Positions 40,768 to 50,508 are shown, numbered from the stretch's first letter. The stretch is DNA of 64,000 nucleotides from an uncultured Christensenellaceae bacterium (GCA_944381365.1 CALWKW010000002.1:180719-244718); one strand, 5' to 3'. The notes: generated by a model not told the origin, from the letters alone. Translations and numbers: made by a program.

Positions 40768-40802
40768 AGATAGGCAAGGAAAAACATTGATTATTTAAAT
40801 AT

Positions 40803-40926
40803 GCTAACATGGCGCAGTAGGCATTTTGCGTATAGAAAACAATCCGGCGAATTGTTTTTAGCAAAATGAACCGCAATGTACCGACACTTTAAAAGTATTC
40901 CTCACTTTGTTTGCGGTCGGAAGCGC
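40803..40926 (+). pseudogene. 5' fragment of tRNA-Thr with 100-nt insert in the D-loop (copy A)
   Basis: GCTAACATGGCGCAGTAGG-[40822-40921]-AGCGC versus tRNA GCTAACGTGGCGCAGTAGG-T-AGCGC. Confidence 0.8.
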
Positions 40927-40948
40927 TACCGCAAAATTAAATTAATAT

Positions 40949-41024
40949 GCTAACGTGGCGCAGTAGGTAGCGCACATCATTGGTAATGATGAGGTCGGCA
41001 GTTCAAATCTGCTCGTTAGCTCCA
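40949..41024 (+). tRNA. tRNA-Thr(GGT)
   Basis: 76 nt cloverleaf: GCTAACG/CGTTAGC acceptor stem, CATCA-TTGGTAA-TGATG anticodon arm, GTTCAAATC T loop, encoded CCA. Confidence 0.97.
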
Positions 41025-41028
41025 AAAT

Positions 41029-41052
41029 ACCACCATTTATGGTGGTTTTTTT
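41029..41052 (+). terminator. Intrinsic terminator after tRNA-Thr (duplicated at ~41251-41273)
   Basis: ACCACCA-TTTA-TGGTGGT followed by a T tract. Confidence 0.88.
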
Positions 41053-41080
41053 GTTTGTAAGCTACCACTGCGACATCGTT

Positions 41081-41246
41081 TGGCGCAGCAGGCATTATGC
41101 GTATAGAAAACAATCCGGCGAATTGTTTTTAGCAAAATGAACCGCAATGTACCGACACTTTAAAAGTATTTCTCACTTTGTTTGCGGTCGAAAGCGCACA
41201 TCACCCTATGATGAGGTCGGCAGTTTTATCTCCCTCGTTAGCTCCA
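41081..41246 (+). pseudogene. Degenerate tRNA-Thr copy with the same 100-nt D-loop insert (copy B)
   Basis: TGGCGCAGCAGG-[41093-41192]-AGCGCACATCACCCTATGATGAGGTCGGCAGTTTTATCTCCCTCGTTAGCTCCA; anticodon and T loops broken. Confidence 0.85.
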
Positions 41247-41372
41247 AAATACCACCATTTATGGTGGTTTTTTGTTTGTAAGCTACCACTACATATTTTT
41301 ATTAAGCGATTATATGAATAAAAGAGCCTTGATAGTCAAAGCTCTTTTTGATATTTTATCAATCACATTTTT

Positions 41373-41870
41373 TTAATCAAACACTTTTTTTTCAGAATCA
41401 TCGATGGTTTTTGATGCCAAATTGACTTTATCTTTGTATATTATTTTGATGCCGTCTATTGCAAATCCAAGTCCGACTATCATTGCTATTATACCGAAAA
41501 CAAAGAAAAGTATTGCATTTTGTTTGTTGTTTTCAGGCGTGACAAAATCTTCGGGATTTTCGGGATTGTAATATATTGTTATCTTCTCTCCTATATCTTT
41601 AGGATTATTGGTTTCGGCATCTTTTAATTTATAAACTTCTCCCTGTGCCTCAAACTCGATTATCGGAGTATAATAATACTTTTTTTCCGTATCATCCCAC
41701 CTTTCTCTGACTTCATAATCGGTTATCGTAGCTTGGGTTTTTACAAAGTTATCATACGCTTTTTCGTTTTCTATAAAATTATATGTACCCAAACCTATCA
41801 CCGCAAAACTGACAAGCAAAACTATACATCCTATAATTATATCGAATTTTGCATTTTTAAAAATATTCAT
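41373..41870 (-). CDS. DUF3592-like membrane protein
   Basis: TM, beta domain ending IYYNPENP, TM; start uncertain (41870 or 41885). Confidence 0.75.
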   Translation of the reverse strand: MNIFKNAKFDIIIGCIVLLVSFAVIGLGTYNFIENEKAYDNFVKTQATITDYEVRERWDDTEKKYYYTPIIEFEAQGEVYKLKDAETNNPKDIGEKITIYYNPENPEDFVTPENNKQNAILFFVFGIIAMIVGLGFAIDGIKIIYKDKVNLASKTIDDSEKKVFD

Positions 41871-42024
41871 ACAAAAACATCCCACTTAGTATTTATTCTA
41901 AATATTTATATGACCATTGTCAATACCCAAACCATAATTTTGTCTATTATAAAACAAAATTTTCTATTGAAATTTTATAGCTTTTATAATATAATATTTG
42001 TATAAACTTTTGGAAGAAAGGCTT

Positions 42025-42642
42025 ATGGAAAATATCAGAAAAAAACGCATCCTGCAAGCTGTGCTTATAGCTGTGGCTTCACTCTTTATTTTGTGGGGAA
42101 TTTTATCATTGCTTCAGACCTTAGGCACTAAAGTCGGTCTTAATTATATAGACAAAATTCCAAACATTATCGGGCGATACGCTCTTGTAATAATTACAAT
42201 GGCGATAGGCATAATGACCATGTCTTATGCAGCCGGTACTTTTGAGGGGAAAGTAAAAACGATCTTTTCTATATCGGTCTGTGCTTTTAGCACTATCATG
42301 ACATTGCCTCTTTTTCTTTCGTTTGTCCTTATGATACCTGTGGCATCGGGTGCAAAACTCCCTGCTTTTCTCAATGATATGGTAGGAGCGATATGCGAGG
42401 CATTTCTTGCTCTTGCAGGCAAAAGCGGACAATATGTAATATATGTGCTGGGCATAATAATGAGCATCATTTTCCTTGCCGTACCAATAATATCCACATA
42501 TTGCACCGTAAAAAATATAGATTTGATTGCGTATATAAAATCAAAACTCAAAAAAGACTCTTCTCTTTCCTCGTCAGAACAATTATCTTGCGACAGCGAC
42601 AATGCTCAGCAATCGGATAATTCAAGCGATATTAAGGATTGA
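42025..42642 (+). CDS. Hypothetical membrane protein
   Basis: About four TM segments; terminator at ~42662-42689. Confidence 0.7.
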   Translation: MENIRKKRILQAVLIAVASLFILWGILSLLQTLGTKVGLNYIDKIPNIIGRYALVIITMAIGIMTMSYAAGTFEGKVKTIFSISVCAFSTIMTLPLFLSFVLMIPVASGAKLPAFLNDMVGAICEAFLALAGKSGQYVIYVLGIIMSIIFLAVPIISTYCTVKNIDLIAYIKSKLKKDSSLSSSEQLSCDSDNAQQSDNSSDIKD

Positions 42643-42855
42643 TAGATTTTTTGATATTATGCAAGGGGTATTTGCCCCTTGTTTTTTTTATATAATTTTA
42701 CTTTTTTATTTTAATTTTTTGTTTTCTATCATATCAATAGATAAAGGAAAATCCAATTCATTGTTCAAAACTTTTGATTTTATTTATGTAAAACTTTGAT
42801 ATTTTTTTTAACAACTATCTTTAAATCTTCAAAAAAGTATGATAGAATATAATTA

Positions 42856-42873
42856 TTGTTAAATTTCTAACAT
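42856..42873. promoter_or_regulatory. Putative Rex operator upstream of the hydrogenase operon
   Basis: TTGTTAA-ATTT-CTAACAT, 12/14 match to clostridial TTGTTAA-N4-TTAACAA. Confidence 0.6.
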
Positions 42874-42901
42874 ATCGGGGATTTATGATAAGGAGGTATT
42901 T

Positions 42902-43405
42902 ATGAATAAAAAAAGCGATTTTCACGCTAGTGCTGAGCAAATAAACAAGCTCAAGACTGTCATCGAAGAATCCCGTTCGGTAAAAGGCTGTCTTATGCAT
43001 GTTTTGCAAGAGGCTCAGACAATTTTCGGGTATTTACCAATAGAAGTTCAGACTATTATTGCAGAGGGCTTGGGCATATCTTTGTCAGAAGTCTACGGAG
43101 TAGCTACTTTCTACTCTCAATTTTCATTGACTCCAAAAGGCAAACACAGAATAAGCATTTGTCTAGGTACGGCATGTTATGTCAAAGGCAGCGATAAAAT
43201 ATTGGAAGAAGTGCAAAAAGTACTAGGAATCGCTTGCGGAGAATGTACCGAAGACGGACTTTTTTCCATTGACAGCTGTCGATGCGTGGGTGCCTGCGGT
43301 CTTGCTCCCGTAATGATGATAGACAACGATGTCTATGGAAAGCTAAAACCCGAAATGGTCAAAGACATTCTCAAAAAATATACTGACAAGGAGGCGAACA
43401 AATGA
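42902..43405 (+). CDS. hydC: Bifurcating FeFe-hydrogenase gamma subunit (NuoE-like)
   Basis: GVATFYSQF, CLGTAC and CVGACGLAP 2Fe-2S motifs. Confidence 0.93.
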   Translation: MNKKSDFHASAEQINKLKTVIEESRSVKGCLMHVLQEAQTIFGYLPIEVQTIIAEGLGISLSEVYGVATFYSQFSLTPKGKHRISICLGTACYVKGSDKILEEVQKVLGIACGECTEDGLFSIDSCRCVGACGLAPVMMIDNDVYGKLKPEMVKDILKKYTDKEANK

Positions 43406-45294
43406 CTATAAAAGAATTGGACGATATTCGCAAAAAGAAAGAAGATCTTATCAAAGTCCGCCGACTTGTAAAAGAAGAAGGCGAAAAACTTGCAAAGAAG
43501 ACCGGATACAGAAAACAAGTGCTTGTATGCGGAGGTACAGGCTGTACTTCTTCTCACTCTATGCAAGTAATAAAACAGCTTGAAGAATCGCTTAAAGAAT
43601 ATAAGATTGACGATATCCTCATAGTCAAGACGGGTTGTTTTGGTCTGTGTGCCTTGGGACCTATCATGATAGTTTATCCCGAAGGTGCTTTTTATGCACA
43701 GATGACTCCCGAACATGTCAAAACAGTAGTGGAAAAACACCTCGTCAAAGGCGGAGATATAGTAAAGGATTTGCTCTATCAGGGAACAGTCAAACCAAAT
43801 GGCGATATAATACCTTTTTCAGATACCCCTTTCTATAAAAAACAAATGCGAATAGCTTTGAGAAATTGCGGAGTTATTGCTCCCGAAGACATAGAAGAAG
43901 CAATAGGTGCGGGAGATTATGCTGCCCTTGAAAAAGTGCTTACTACCATGACTCCTGACGATGTTATCAACGAAATGAATGCTTCAGGACTTAGAGGCCG
44001 TGGCGGTGCAGGTTTCCCCACAGGAAGAAAATGGTCTTTTGCAAAAGCATCTCAAGGCGATGAAAAATATGTATGTTGCAATGCCGATGAAGGCGATCCC
44101 GGTGCTTTCATGGACAGAAGCGTGCTCGAAGGAGATCCTCACTGCGTATTAGAAGCTATGATGATAGCAGGATATGCGATAGGCTCAAACCACGGCTTTA
44201 TCTATGTGCGTGCAGAATACCCTGTCGCTGTCGAAAGACTGAAAATAGCTATCGAACAAGCAAAAAAATACGGTTTGCTAGGCAAAAATATTCTCGGCAC
44301 AGGCTTTGACTTTGACATAGAAATAAGACTCGGTGCGGGTGCTTTTGTCTGCGGAGAGGAAACGGCTCTTATGACAAGTATAGAAGGACATCGTGGCGAA
44401 CCTCGTCCCCGTCCGCCTTTTCCTGCCGTCAAAGGTCTTTTCGGCAAGCCTACTATTCTCAACAATGTCGAGACATGGGCAAATGTCAATCCTATAATTA
44501 TGAATGGTGCGGCATGGTTTTCGTCAATCGGCACGCCTACTTCTTCCGGCACAAAGGTATTTGCACTCGGCGGCAAAATCACAAATGTCGGTCTTGTAGA
44601 AGTTCCTATGGGGACCACATTGAGAGAAATCGTAGAAGAAATAGGCGGAGGAATTCCAAACGGCAAAAAGTTTAAAGCCGCTCAGACGGGAGGCCCTTCG
44701 GGAGGTTGTATCCCCGCAGAATGTATTGATACGCCTATCGACTATGACAGCCTTATCTCCATTGGCTCGATGATGGGCAGCGGAGGTATGATTATTCTTG
44801 ACGAAGATACCTGTATGGTAGACATAGCAAAATTCTATCTTGAATTTACCGCAGACGAATCATGCGGAAAGTGTACGCCTTGCCGTATTGGTACAAAAAG
44901 ACTTCTCCAGCTTCTTACAAAAATCACAGAAGGCAAGGGCGAGCCTGAAGACTTGGTAAAAATCGAGGAGCTTGCAAACCACATGAAGCAGTCTTCATTG
45001 TGTGCTTTGGGACAATCCGCTCCCAATCCCGTGCTTTCGACAATGAGATATTTTAGAAGCGAATACCTAGCTCACATAGTGGACAAAGTATGTCCCGCAG
45101 GAGTGTGCAAAGCTCTCCTCACCTATCATATTGACGAACAAAAATGCAAAGGCTGTACTATCTGTGCTCGCAACTGCCCCGTCAATGCAATCAGCGGACA
45201 ACTAAAACAAGCTCACAAAATAGATACTTCTAAGTGTATAAAGTGCGGGCTTTGTATGGCAAACTGCAAATTCGGTGCAATAGAGAGAATGTGA
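43402..45294 (+). CDS. hydB: Bifurcating FeFe-hydrogenase beta subunit (NuoF-like)
   Basis: N-terminal CGGTGC/TGCFGLC; GRGGAGFP; NADEGDPG; ESCGKCTPCR; C-terminal 2x[4Fe-4S]. Confidence 0.95.
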   Translation: MTIKELDDIRKKKEDLIKVRRLVKEEGEKLAKKTGYRKQVLVCGGTGCTSSHSMQVIKQLEESLKEYKIDDILIVKTGCFGLCALGPIMIVYPEGAFYAQMTPEHVKTVVEKHLVKGGDIVKDLLYQGTVKPNGDIIPFSDTPFYKKQMRIALRNCGVIAPEDIEEAIGAGDYAALEKVLTTMTPDDVINEMNASGLRGRGGAGFPTGRKWSFAKASQGDEKYVCCNADEGDPGAFMDRSVLEGDPHCVLEAMMIAGYAIGSNHGFIYVRAEYPVAVERLKIAIEQAKKYGLLGKNILGTGFDFDIEIRLGAGAFVCGEETALMTSIEGHRGEPRPRPPFPAVKGLFGKPTILNNVETWANVNPIIMNGAAWFSSIGTPTSSGTKVFALGGKITNVGLVEVPMGTTLREIVEEIGGGIPNGKKFKAAQTGGPSGGCIPAECIDTPIDYDSLISIGSMMGSGGMIILDEDTCMVDIAKFYLEFTADESCGKCTPCRIGTKRLLQLLTKITEGKGEPEDLVKIEELANHMKQSSLCALGQSAPNPVLSTMRYFRSEYLAHIVDKVCPAGVCKALLTYHIDEQKCKGCTICARNCPVNAISGQLKQAHKIDTSKCIKCGLCMANCKFGAIERM

Positions 45295-45302
45295 GGTGAA
45301 TT

Positions 45303-47030
45303 ATGGAAACAAAAATGATAAATCTTAAAATAAACGGAATTCCCGTGAGCGTACCCGAAGGTACGACAATATTGGAAGCGTCAAGAAAAGCTCATATCGA
45401 AATACCTACGCTTTGCTTTTTGAAAGATGTCAACTGCGTGGGCTCGTGTCGTATGTGCGTGGTAGAAGCGACAGGAGCGAGAGGACTCGTGGCGGCATGC
45501 GTATATCCTGTGGCTGAAGGCATGGAAGTAAGAACAAATACAGAAAAATGCAGACAGTCCAGAAAGATGACTCTCGAGCTTTTTTTGAGCAAACACAAAA
45601 AGAAATGTCTTTCCTGCGAAAGAAATCACAACTGCGAATTGCAAAAACTCTCTCTCGGTTATAGCGTGGACGAAGACAGATTCAAAGGCGAAGACTTTGT
45701 ACTTCCTATTGATACATCTACACCCTATGTTGTCAGAGACAACGATAAATGTATCAACTGCATGCGTTGTGTGGCGGCTTGCAAAAAACAAAATGTCAAC
45801 GCAATCGGTCCTATCGGAAGAGGATTTAATGTGCATATCGGAAGTGCCTTTGACAGACCTTTGGCAGAATCGCCTTGCGTAGGATGCGGACAATGTATAG
45901 TGGCATGCCCCGTAGGTGCACTTTCTGAAAAAAGCAATGTGGACGAAGTATGGAAAGCTTTGTCGGATAGTTCCAAAAAGGTAATCTTCTATACCGCTCC
46001 TTCTGTAAGAGCTACTTTGGGAGAAGCATTTGATTTGCCAATCGGCACGAATGTGGAAGGTAAAATGGTAGCTGCAATAAGAAGGCTAAATCCCTATGCG
46101 GTATTCAATATGGATGTAACTGCCGACCTTACCATAATGGAAGAAGCAAGCGAGCTTATAAACAGAATAAAGACAAACAAGCCTCTGCCTATGTTTACAT
46201 CATGCTGTCCTGCATGGATAAAATTTATCGAGCAGACATACCCCGAGTTTATTCCTCATATATCCACTTGCAAATCGCCTCAACAAATGTTTGGAGCTTT
46301 GATAAAAAGTTATTGGTGCGAAAAACACGATATCAATCCAAAAGATGTATTTGTAGTGAGCGTAATTCCCTGCACTGCCAAAAAATACGAGGCACAGAGA
46401 GAACAAATGCCTGATGATGTCGATGTAGCTCTCACCACAAGAGAACTTGCAAGAATGATAAAGACGGCAGGTATAAAATTTACGGAACTGCCCGATGAAG
46501 AATTTGACAATCCTTTTGCCGTGGGAAGCGGAGCGGGTACTATATTCGGTGCTACGGGTGGTGTAATGGAAGCAGCTCTTCGTACCGCAGCACACATGCT
46601 TGACGGAAACTTCGAAGTCTTGGACTTCTTTGCGGTAAGAGGTACAAAAGGCATAAAAGAAGCCACATATCTGGTGGCAGGACACACTCTGCATGTTGCG
46701 GTAGTTTCGGGATTGGACAATGCCAGAACTCTTGTCGAGCAAATCAAGTCTGGCGAAAAGAGTTTTGACTTTGTAGAAGTAATGTCTTGCCCCGGAGGAT
46801 GCGTAAACGGCGGCGGTCAACCTACCTTGTCAGACAGCGTAAGAAATTCTGTCGAGCTCAAAGAAGCCCGTGCTAAAGCACTGTATTCGAGCGACAATAA
46901 CAACGAGCTGAGAAGATCTGCCGATTCGCCCGTAATGACATTGCTTTATGAAGAATTTTTGGGATTCCCCAACAGCCATAAAGCTCACGAAATTCTGCAC
47001 ACTTCATATAAAGCACACAAGACTATATAA
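45303..47030 (+). CDS. hydA: FeFe-hydrogenase catalytic subunit (group A)
   Basis: H-cluster motifs TSCCPAW, IPCTAKKYE and EVMSCPGGCVNGGGQP; N-terminal F clusters. Confidence 0.96.
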   Translation: METKMINLKINGIPVSVPEGTTILEASRKAHIEIPTLCFLKDVNCVGSCRMCVVEATGARGLVAACVYPVAEGMEVRTNTEKCRQSRKMTLELFLSKHKKKCLSCERNHNCELQKLSLGYSVDEDRFKGEDFVLPIDTSTPYVVRDNDKCINCMRCVAACKKQNVNAIGPIGRGFNVHIGSAFDRPLAESPCVGCGQCIVACPVGALSEKSNVDEVWKALSDSSKKVIFYTAPSVRATLGEAFDLPIGTNVEGKMVAAIRRLNPYAVFNMDVTADLTIMEEASELINRIKTNKPLPMFTSCCPAWIKFIEQTYPEFIPHISTCKSPQQMFGALIKSYWCEKHDINPKDVFVVSVIPCTAKKYEAQREQMPDDVDVALTTRELARMIKTAGIKFTELPDEEFDNPFAVGSGAGTIFGATGGVMEAALRTAAHMLDGNFEVLDFFAVRGTKGIKEATYLVAGHTLHVAVVSGLDNARTLVEQIKSGEKSFDFVEVMSCPGGCVNGGGQPTLSDSVRNSVELKEARAKALYSSDNNNELRRSADSPVMTLLYEEFLGFPNSHKAHEILHTSYKAHKTI

Positions 47031-47090
47031 TCAAATCTCATATTTTGATTTGATGCAATTGAATATTCTAGTGCCGTTTTAGATAAAAAC

Positions 47091-47126
47091 AAAAACAAGA
47101 CAGCTTGCATTTGCGAGCTGTCTTGT
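47091..47126. terminator. Terminator between convergent hydA and phosphatase genes
   Basis: ACAAGACAGCTTGC/GCGAGCTGTCTTGT stem with an A tract on the left. Confidence 0.8.
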
Positions 47127-47161
47127 GCGTATATGCGGATGCACGATAAGATAATTACTTC

Positions 47162-47202
47162 TAATTTATACAATTTAAGCCTTAGGTAAATTGTATAAAT
47201 TA
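47162..47202 (+). repeat. Dispersed spacer palindrome, copy 5
   Basis: TAATTTATACAATTTA-AGCCTTAGG-TAAATTGTATAAATTA; perfect 16-bp arms. Confidence 0.95.
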
Positions 47203-47238
47203 TGCGAATTTTTAATGCTTTTTTCAAGAATACGATAT

Positions 47239-48344
47239 TTATTTGCTTATGATTGACTTGCAAAGCCAAGCTATCTGAGTATTGTCAATCACTTTAGGAA
47301 AATCCATATTTATATCGCCAAATACAAAATAAGGTACATTTGCCGAAGAATGCTCGCCCCTTGTGTACATGCCGTCATTGAGTTCTGAATCGCTCTCGCC
47401 GTTGTACTGAAGTCCGCCTGTTTCGTGGTCAGCCGTGACTATTACTACCGTATTTCCCAAAGCCTTTGCATATTCTACTACGGCTTTGATCGTGTTGTCA
47501 TAAGCCTTGACATGGCTTAGTGCTCCGTCAAGATCGTTTATATGACTGCACTTATCGATATGGCTCTCTTCTATCATCATAAAGAAGCCGTCTTCATCAG
47601 TCGAAATCTTGTCCAAAGCAATGGTAGCAAGATTTGCAAGAGTAGGTTTTTTATCTCCTCCGTCCTCGAGAGGTATTTCCTCAAATGAAGCAAAAACTTT
47701 ATCTTTGGACATATCCAAAGTGCTTATGCTGTCAGAAAAATCATATCCGCTTTTTCTATTTTGTCGCTCAAAGAAGCATATCTTTGAATATTGCTGCCGA
47801 AGAAAATATCTATATTGCTTTTGAGCTGGTCATCCAATATTCCGTCAATATCATTTCTGGAAGATGTATGAGCCGAGAATCCCGAGGGAGTAGCTCCGTC
47901 TACGCCTTCAGTGGCAAGTATAGCCGTGCTCATTCCAAGCGATACGGCAAGTTCTGTGGTGGATTGTTTTTCCTTGCCGAGATACTGACCTATATTTCCA
48001 TTGTCAGTCTTTGTGCCTGTGGCAAGTGCCGTAGCAGCAGCCGCACTGTCGGTAGGTCCAAACAAATTGCGGGAAAAAGTAGTCACTTCGCCTTTTATGG
48101 TAGCACTGTTCATAAACAATTCACCGTACCTAGCTTCCGCAGCTTTTATGTGATTGAATCCCATTCCGTCCCCTATCATGAGGATTACATTGAGCTTTTC
48201 TCCCTCATAATCGAGTTTTTCGATATTGTTGATTTTTACTGCTCTTGCTATACCCATCGATGCAAATACGACAGATATAATCAATATCACTGCAATTAAA
48301 GCAATTGCCGTGATTTTTATAATTCTTTTTTTTGTATTTTCCAT
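47239..48344 (-). pseudogene. Alkaline phosphatase split by a 1-nt frameshift
   Basis: 5' ORF has IGDGMG, TDSAAAATALATG and ATP; 3' ORF has FFMMIEE.HID..SH and VTADHETGG; adding one A at the A5 run (T5 at 47751-47755) joins them as IEKSGYDFSD. Confidence 0.85.
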
Positions 48345-48575
48345 AATTACCCTCGAATTATTTTTTATAATTATAGCACAACAAAACAAACTAAACAATA
48401 TCAAAAAATAAAAGTTTGATATTTATATAAACTTTGAAAAGATTTTGTAAGTTTTTTGTTATTTTTTATAAAATCCAAATTAGATATAAAAAAACTTTTA
48501 CTTTGCGATTGATTTGACCTTTATTATATATATATGTTAAAATATTTTATGTACTAATTAAACAAGGTGGACATT

Positions 48576-50279
48576 ATGGGAAAAGATTCACAACCTAAAC
48601 AAAAGCGTGTAGCCGGTCGTAGTTTTAAATCCGCTGCCGCTAAATTGAAAAATTTTTGGAACAATCCCCCTCAAGGCAGATATCTTAATCTGAAAGAAAT
48701 TCTTTGTTTCGGCGGTAGTGCATTCGGTGTAAGTACCCTCGTCACGGTAGTATCAGGTCTTATCACTGCTACTCAAATTTCCGGTATTTACGAAATCGAT
48801 GTAATTCACGGACCTTACATCTGTCTCATAGCAAGTATTTTGGGACTTATCATTCAGCCTATCTTTGGAAAACTTCTTCAGAATACCCAAACCAAATGGG
48901 GTAAATATAAACCTTTTATTCTTTTGATGGCTCCTATATTTGCAGCTTTCGCTATTGCCTCAACATGGCAACCTCAGGGATTGACAGAAACAAGTCGTAC
49001 TATTTATGCTTATTGCATATGTATTCCTACGCTTATTATCTGGAACCTTTTCCAGAATACATTCTATATGATGCCCGGTGTAATCACTCCCAATCAGCAA
49101 GAGCGTACAGATATTTGGTCCCCTATCGGTCTTGTAATAGGATTTTCCCCTACTGTAATGAACCTTCTCGGAAACCTTATCAAAGGTGTATTCAGAGATA
49201 AAGGACAACTTTATCTTGCATACAGATATATCGGCTTTATCTATGCAGCAGTAGGTCTCGCTCTCGTATTGTGCTTGTTTAAAGTAAAAGAAAGAATTAT
49301 CGCAACAGCTAAAAACAATGAAAAAGTAGGCTTTATCGAAGGCTTTAAAATGATTTTCAAAAACAAACCTTTGCTTATCTTCTCTTTGGCATTGATTTTG
49401 GGCTCTTTGCGTACTCTTGTCGAAGTCGATTCTGAAATTCTCGGCGTTATCCGTTATTCCAGCTCAAGCATGGCAAACGGTCAAAAGATTTTCGGTACTC
49501 TTACTTTGATTACAGGTTTTGCCGTAACTCCCAATATGATTCTCTTGCCTTTCATGACAAGAAAATTCAACAACAAAACTATCCTTATCTTCTGGATGAC
49601 TTGCAATGCTGTCGGATATGCAGTACTCGGTCTTATCGGTATAGAAAACATACCTCAGGGAGCTGCAAGTGCCGCTATTATCACCATTTTGAGATACATC
49701 GCTTTGTTCAACGCAATCGCTTCTTTGCAGCCTTTGATGTTGTCAGAAATGTCCGACTATCAACAGCTCAAGACAGGTAAGCGTCTCGAAGGATATATTC
49801 AAATGTTTGCATATACACTCGTACTCGTATTTACAAATATCGGATATGTAGTAATGGCTTATGTAAAGCAATACATGGGATTCCAACCCAGCGAATATTA
49901 CAATGACAAAATCACAATGGTAGATGAAAATCTCATGAAGATTGCTACTGACTATTTTGACTTGGCACTCTGGATATCTGCTATATCCGCCGCATTAATG
50001 GCAATAGCAATGATATTCTATCCTTTGACCAAAAAACAACATGCTGCCATTGTAGAAGCTCTCAAGAAGAAGAGCCTTGAAGAGGCAGGCGAAGCTTCTG
50101 ACGAAAATGCAGAAGTAGTACTCGATGCTGAGAACGGTCAAGGAGAAATTCTTGTAGAAAACGAAAACAACGAAATGGTAAAAGAAGTCATCAACATCGA
50201 CAGCAAAGAAGATGAAAATGCTTCTGAATCATTGATAGAGAATGACTCTTTAAAGTCTGATGACGAAGACAAAAAATAA
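48576..50279 (+). CDS. MFS/GPH-family sugar transporter with acidic C-terminal tail
   Basis: TQTKWGKYKPF and DYQQLKTGKRLEG motifs; about 12 TM. Confidence 0.85.
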   Translation: MGKDSQPKQKRVAGRSFKSAAAKLKNFWNNPPQGRYLNLKEILCFGGSAFGVSTLVTVVSGLITATQISGIYEIDVIHGPYICLIASILGLIIQPIFGKLLQNTQTKWGKYKPFILLMAPIFAAFAIASTWQPQGLTETSRTIYAYCICIPTLIIWNLFQNTFYMMPGVITPNQQERTDIWSPIGLVIGFSPTVMNLLGNLIKGVFRDKGQLYLAYRYIGFIYAAVGLALVLCLFKVKERIIATAKNNEKVGFIEGFKMIFKNKPLLIFSLALILGSLRTLVEVDSEILGVIRYSSSSMANGQKIFGTLTLITGFAVTPNMILLPFMTRKFNNKTILIFWMTCNAVGYAVLGLIGIENIPQGAASAAIITILRYIALFNAIASLQPLMLSEMSDYQQLKTGKRLEGYIQMFAYTLVLVFTNIGYVVMAYVKQYMGFQPSEYYNDKITMVDENLMKIATDYFDLALWISAISAALMAIAMIFYPLTKKQHAAIVEALKKKSLEEAGEASDENAEVVLDAENGQGEILVENENNEMVKEVINIDSKEDENASESLIENDSLKSDDEDKK

Positions 50280-50508
50280 CATTCACAAAAATTACAATTA
50301 CAGGCTTGCAATTTTGCAAGCCTGTTTTTTTATCTCGATTGCAATATCCTGTCAATAGATTTGCAAAACAATTTATTTATTGCTTAAAAACACTTAGGCA
50401 GAGTGCACACTCATTTACTTCCCTTTTGTTTCATTTCTAAATGCTATAAAAAATAGCAAAAAAATAAGGCTACCCTTTTAAGATAGCCTCGTCTTTTTAT
50501 CTGTTTGA

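Noticed and set aside
41193-41290. Duplicated tRNA 3' end as the attR of an integrated island
   Set aside because: Only ~170 bp separate the copies, there is no integrase, and the duplication includes the D-arm and terminator
50090-50279. Acidic C-terminal tail of the MFS transporter
   Set aside because: Low-complexity tails on transporters are common and nothing further supports a special role
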